The notes below the pieces were generated by a model. It had not been told where the DNA came from, did not search any database, and saw only the letters and a program-made list of their open reading frames with translations. Positions 61,736 through 64,000 of a stretch of DNA of 64,000 bases are shown in pieces. Origin of the DNA: Legionellales bacterium. Its GTDB lineage: Bacteria; Pseudomonadota; Gammaproteobacteria; JAHCLG01. A program made the position numbers and the translations under genes. Positions within the stretch are counted from its first letter, which is position 1. Every line of letters starts with the position of its first letter. Location of the stretch: contig JAHCLG010000002.1 of NCBI GenBank assembly GCA_026125385.1, positions 77,179 through 141,178 of the forward strand, read 5' to 3'.

Positions 61736-64000
61736 ATGAATACCGCTGGATTTAAGCTCGAACGATTTGAAGTTTATAATTGGGGCACGTTTGATGAAAC
61801 AGTTTGGATTATTGAACCCAAGAGTTGTGGCGCGTTACTTACTGGAGAAAATGGCTCGGGTAAATCGACGTTAGTCGATGGTTTATTAACACTCTTAGTC
61901 CCTAACGTCAAACGTAATTATAACTTGGCTTCGGGTAATGAAAAAAAAGAGCGTTCAGAATTAACCTATGTGCGTGGCGCCTATGCGCGCGAACAAAATG
62001 AATTGGGAAGCGGTCAAACTAAATTTCTAAGAAAAGAAGAAAACTACAGTGTTCTACTTGCCAAATTTCACAATGATCTCACGCAAGAATCAATTACATT
62101 GGGTCAGTTTTTTTGGTTTGAGCATGCAACGCTTCATAAATTATTTTTTGTTTCGCATGCTAATATTTCGATTAAAGAACACTTTAGTCAAATTAAAAAT
62201 TCAAAAGAAGTGCGAAGCCGCCTTAAAAACATTGGTACTACGCAAGTGTTTACGACATTTTCAGAATATCAAGCTTATTTTATTCGCTATGTGGGATTGC
62301 GTTCGGAAAAAGGGCTTGATTTATTCAATCAAATTACGGCAATTAAAGAAATCAGTCGACTCAATGAGTTTGTGCGTAAACATATGTTAAATGCGAATGA
62401 CACTCAAGAATTATTAAATTCATTGTATGCGAATTATCAAAATTTAGAATTAGCCTATCAGGCAATATTATTATCAAAACATCAATTAGCAGAACTCGAT
62501 CCTCTGGCGGAGGATGCTAAAAAATTCAAAATAACCGCTGAAAAATTAATTCAAATTCAACAAGAACGACAAACATTACCTTATACCTTTGCATGGCATA
62601 AGAAAACAGCATTAACCAATCAACAAGCAGAGTTTTCGCAAAAATTAATAGCAAGCGAAACGATGCTTAGCACCTTTGAACGCAAGCTTAATTCGCTGAG
62701 CGATCAAAAAATGGAATTAAGTCGTCTTTTAGCTCAAGATGAAATAGGTCAAGAATGCACGCGATTAAAAATGCTGATAGAACAACACCAAGAAAAAATG
62801 CGCGCAACTCGTAAAGAAGCAGAACATTACGCACAGTGGGCGCAACGCTTAAATTTTCCAGCGACACCCACCTTAAAAGAATTTGCCAAAAGTTTAGAAC
62901 ACTGCAAAACCATCATTTCTGGACATCAAGCGCAGTTAGTGGAACTGCAGCACCAACAATACGAAGCTAAAAAAGCAGAAGAACACATTCATAAAACCAT
63001 CGAAGTGTTAGTGGCGGAAGTAAAGTCTTTAAAAGGCAGAAAAAACCGTCTTCCTACAGCCTTAATTAAGGTGCGAGACGATTTGGCAAAAACGCTTGGC
63101 TTTTCTGTCAATGATGTGCCCTTTATTGCAGAATTGATGAAAGTTCAGGAAGTAGAATGGGAAGGTGCGATTGAACGACTATTACATTCATTCGCTTTGC
63201 GGATGTTGGTGCCTCAAGATTTATATTTGGATGTTTGTAAAATACTTAATCGTCGCGATATTGGAGTGCGTTTGGTATTTCAAAAAGTGGATGAGCAATT
63301 TAATGTAAAACCACAAACACTGAAACAAATTGATGCCAATAAACTCATTCACAAATTAGCATTTCGCAATCAGTCATCTTATACACCGTGGCTAAAAGAG
63401 CAAATCATCAAACATTACGATTATGCTTGCGTCAGTGAACTTGCAGCATTTCAAAAACAATTTAAAGCAATCACGCCGCAAGGCTTAATTAAACATGGGT
63501 TTAGTTTAAATGAAAAAGATGATCGATTTTCTATTGAAGATAAAAGTCGTTATATTTTAGGCTGGGATAATCAAGAAAAATTAAATTGGTTACTGCAAGA
63601 AATTCAGCAACACCAAACAGCTCTGGATGCCGCCGCAAAAGCCATGCAGTCAATTAATAAAACGATAAGCCAAGTGGAAGTCGAATTAAGTGCGGCTAAC
63701 GCATTGAGTAACATTCAGGATTATGATCTAATTAATTGGCAAGCGAGCGCAGAAGAAATTGCGAGCTTACAAAAACGTTTAGCAATGCTGAGCAATAAAC
63801 ATCAGAAGAGTGGACAAATTCAAAAAGATTTACAACAGCTTGAACATGAAAAAAACCATCAACAACAATCGCGCGATAATACGCTCAAAGAAATAGCGGT
63901 GCTATCAAGCGCCATTCAGGAATTGGCACGAGAAATTGAATATTGTGAAAATACCCTTAATCAATATACCAATCAACCTGTAGAAACTCCCTGGCTTAAT
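61736..64000 (+). CDS. jetC: Wadjet/Mks-type SMC-like ATPase (JetC/MksB), 3' partial (runs off the window)
   Basis: N-terminus MNTAGFKLERFEVYNWGTFDETVWIIEP with Walker A LLTGENGSGKSTLVDGL (MukB/JetC head signature). Followed by a long Gln/Glu/Lys-rich coiled-coil. 755 codons with no stop before the window end. Confidence 0.75.
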   Translation, partial: MNTAGFKLERFEVYNWGTFDETVWIIEPKSCGALLTGENGSGKSTLVDGLLTLLVPNVKRNYNLASGNEKKERSELTYVRGAYAREQNELGSGQTKFLRKEENYSVLLAKFHNDLTQESITLGQFFWFEHATLHKLFFVSHANISIKEHFSQIKNSKEVRSRLKNIGTTQVFTTFSEYQAYFIRYVGLRSEKGLDLFNQITAIKEISRLNEFVRKHMLNANDTQELLNSLYANYQNLELAYQAILLSKHQLAELDPLAEDAKKFKITAEKLIQIQQERQTLPYTFAWHKKTALTNQQAEFSQKLIASETMLSTFERKLNSLSDQKMELSRLLAQDEIGQECTRLKMLIEQHQEKMRATRKEAEHYAQWAQRLNFPATPTLKEFAKSLEHCKTIISGHQAQLVELQHQQYEAKKAEEHIHKTIEVLVAEVKSLKGRKNRLPTALIKVRDDLAKTLGFSVNDVPFIAELMKVQEVEWEGAIERLLHSFALRMLVPQDLYLDVCKILNRRDIGVRLVFQKVDEQFNVKPQTLKQIDANKLIHKLAFRNQSSYTPWLKEQIIKHYDYACVSELAAFQKQFKAITPQGLIKHGFSLNEKDDRFSIEDKSRYILGWDNQEKLNWLLQEIQQHQTALDAAAKAMQSINKTISQVEVELSAANALSNIQDYDLINWQASAEEIASLQKRLAMLSNKHQKSGQIQKDLQQLEHEKNHQQQSRDNTLKEIAVLSSAIQELAREIEYCENTLNQYTNQPVETPWLN

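Noticed and set aside
62049-62390. 113-aa ORF
   Set aside because: It is in an alternative frame inside the continuous jetC reading frame, which has a Walker A motif and a coiled-coil.

Overview
The window is the replication-origin region of a low-GC gammaproteobacterium. Gene content and AT-rich effector-like genes hint at a Legionellales-type intracellular organism, but that is a guess and not verified.

Core layout: gyrB, recF, dnaN and dnaA sit on the minus strand. An AT-rich oriC with DnaA boxes lies at 10697-11557. Then on the plus strand come rpmH-rnpA-yidD-yidC-mnmE, cydAB on the minus strand, and mnmG-rsmG-parA-parB-srkA on the plus strand.

Further housekeeping and accessory genes:
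- yejM/pbgA-like, a family-4 uracil-DNA glycosylase (UDG) and a SAM-dependent methyltransferase
- an MNT/HepT toxin-antitoxin pair whose HEPN toxin carries an in-frame TGA at codon 10
- a Fur-controlled feoABC operon
- a CaCA exchanger
- a cobalamin riboswitch in front of a btuB-like TonB-dependent receptor
- lepB, a gamma-carbonic-anhydrase-like gene and gor
- a patatin-like phospholipase with a cyclic-nucleotide-binding domain
- metK-ahcY-rsmE
- algC/pmm, an auxin-efflux-carrier (AEC) transporter and an amino acid-polyamine-organocation (APC) permease
- djlA and hslVU

At the 3' edge there is a Wadjet/Mks-type SMC anti-plasmid operon (jetA, jetB, and jetC truncated at the window end).

Two dispersed repeat families stand out:
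- Three compound palindromic REP-like elements built from GTAGCCTGGAACG units. Two are placed exactly at gene stop codons and the third lies in the cydA/mnmG divergent region.
- A roughly 145-bp MITE-like hairpin element with at least three copies, associated with GGGCGTGTTGACA inverted repeats.

Several AT-rich genes lack recognisable homology. These are the 1331-2723 cluster, 16129-16806, 39113-40813, and the 48035-50900 two-gene operon. Together with an NCEHF-motif acyltransferase (lecithin-retinol-acyltransferase-like, LRAT-like, within the NlpC/P60 superfamily) and a pentapeptide-repeat protein, they look like horizontally acquired, possibly host-targeting genes. They are the best candidates for undescribed biology here.
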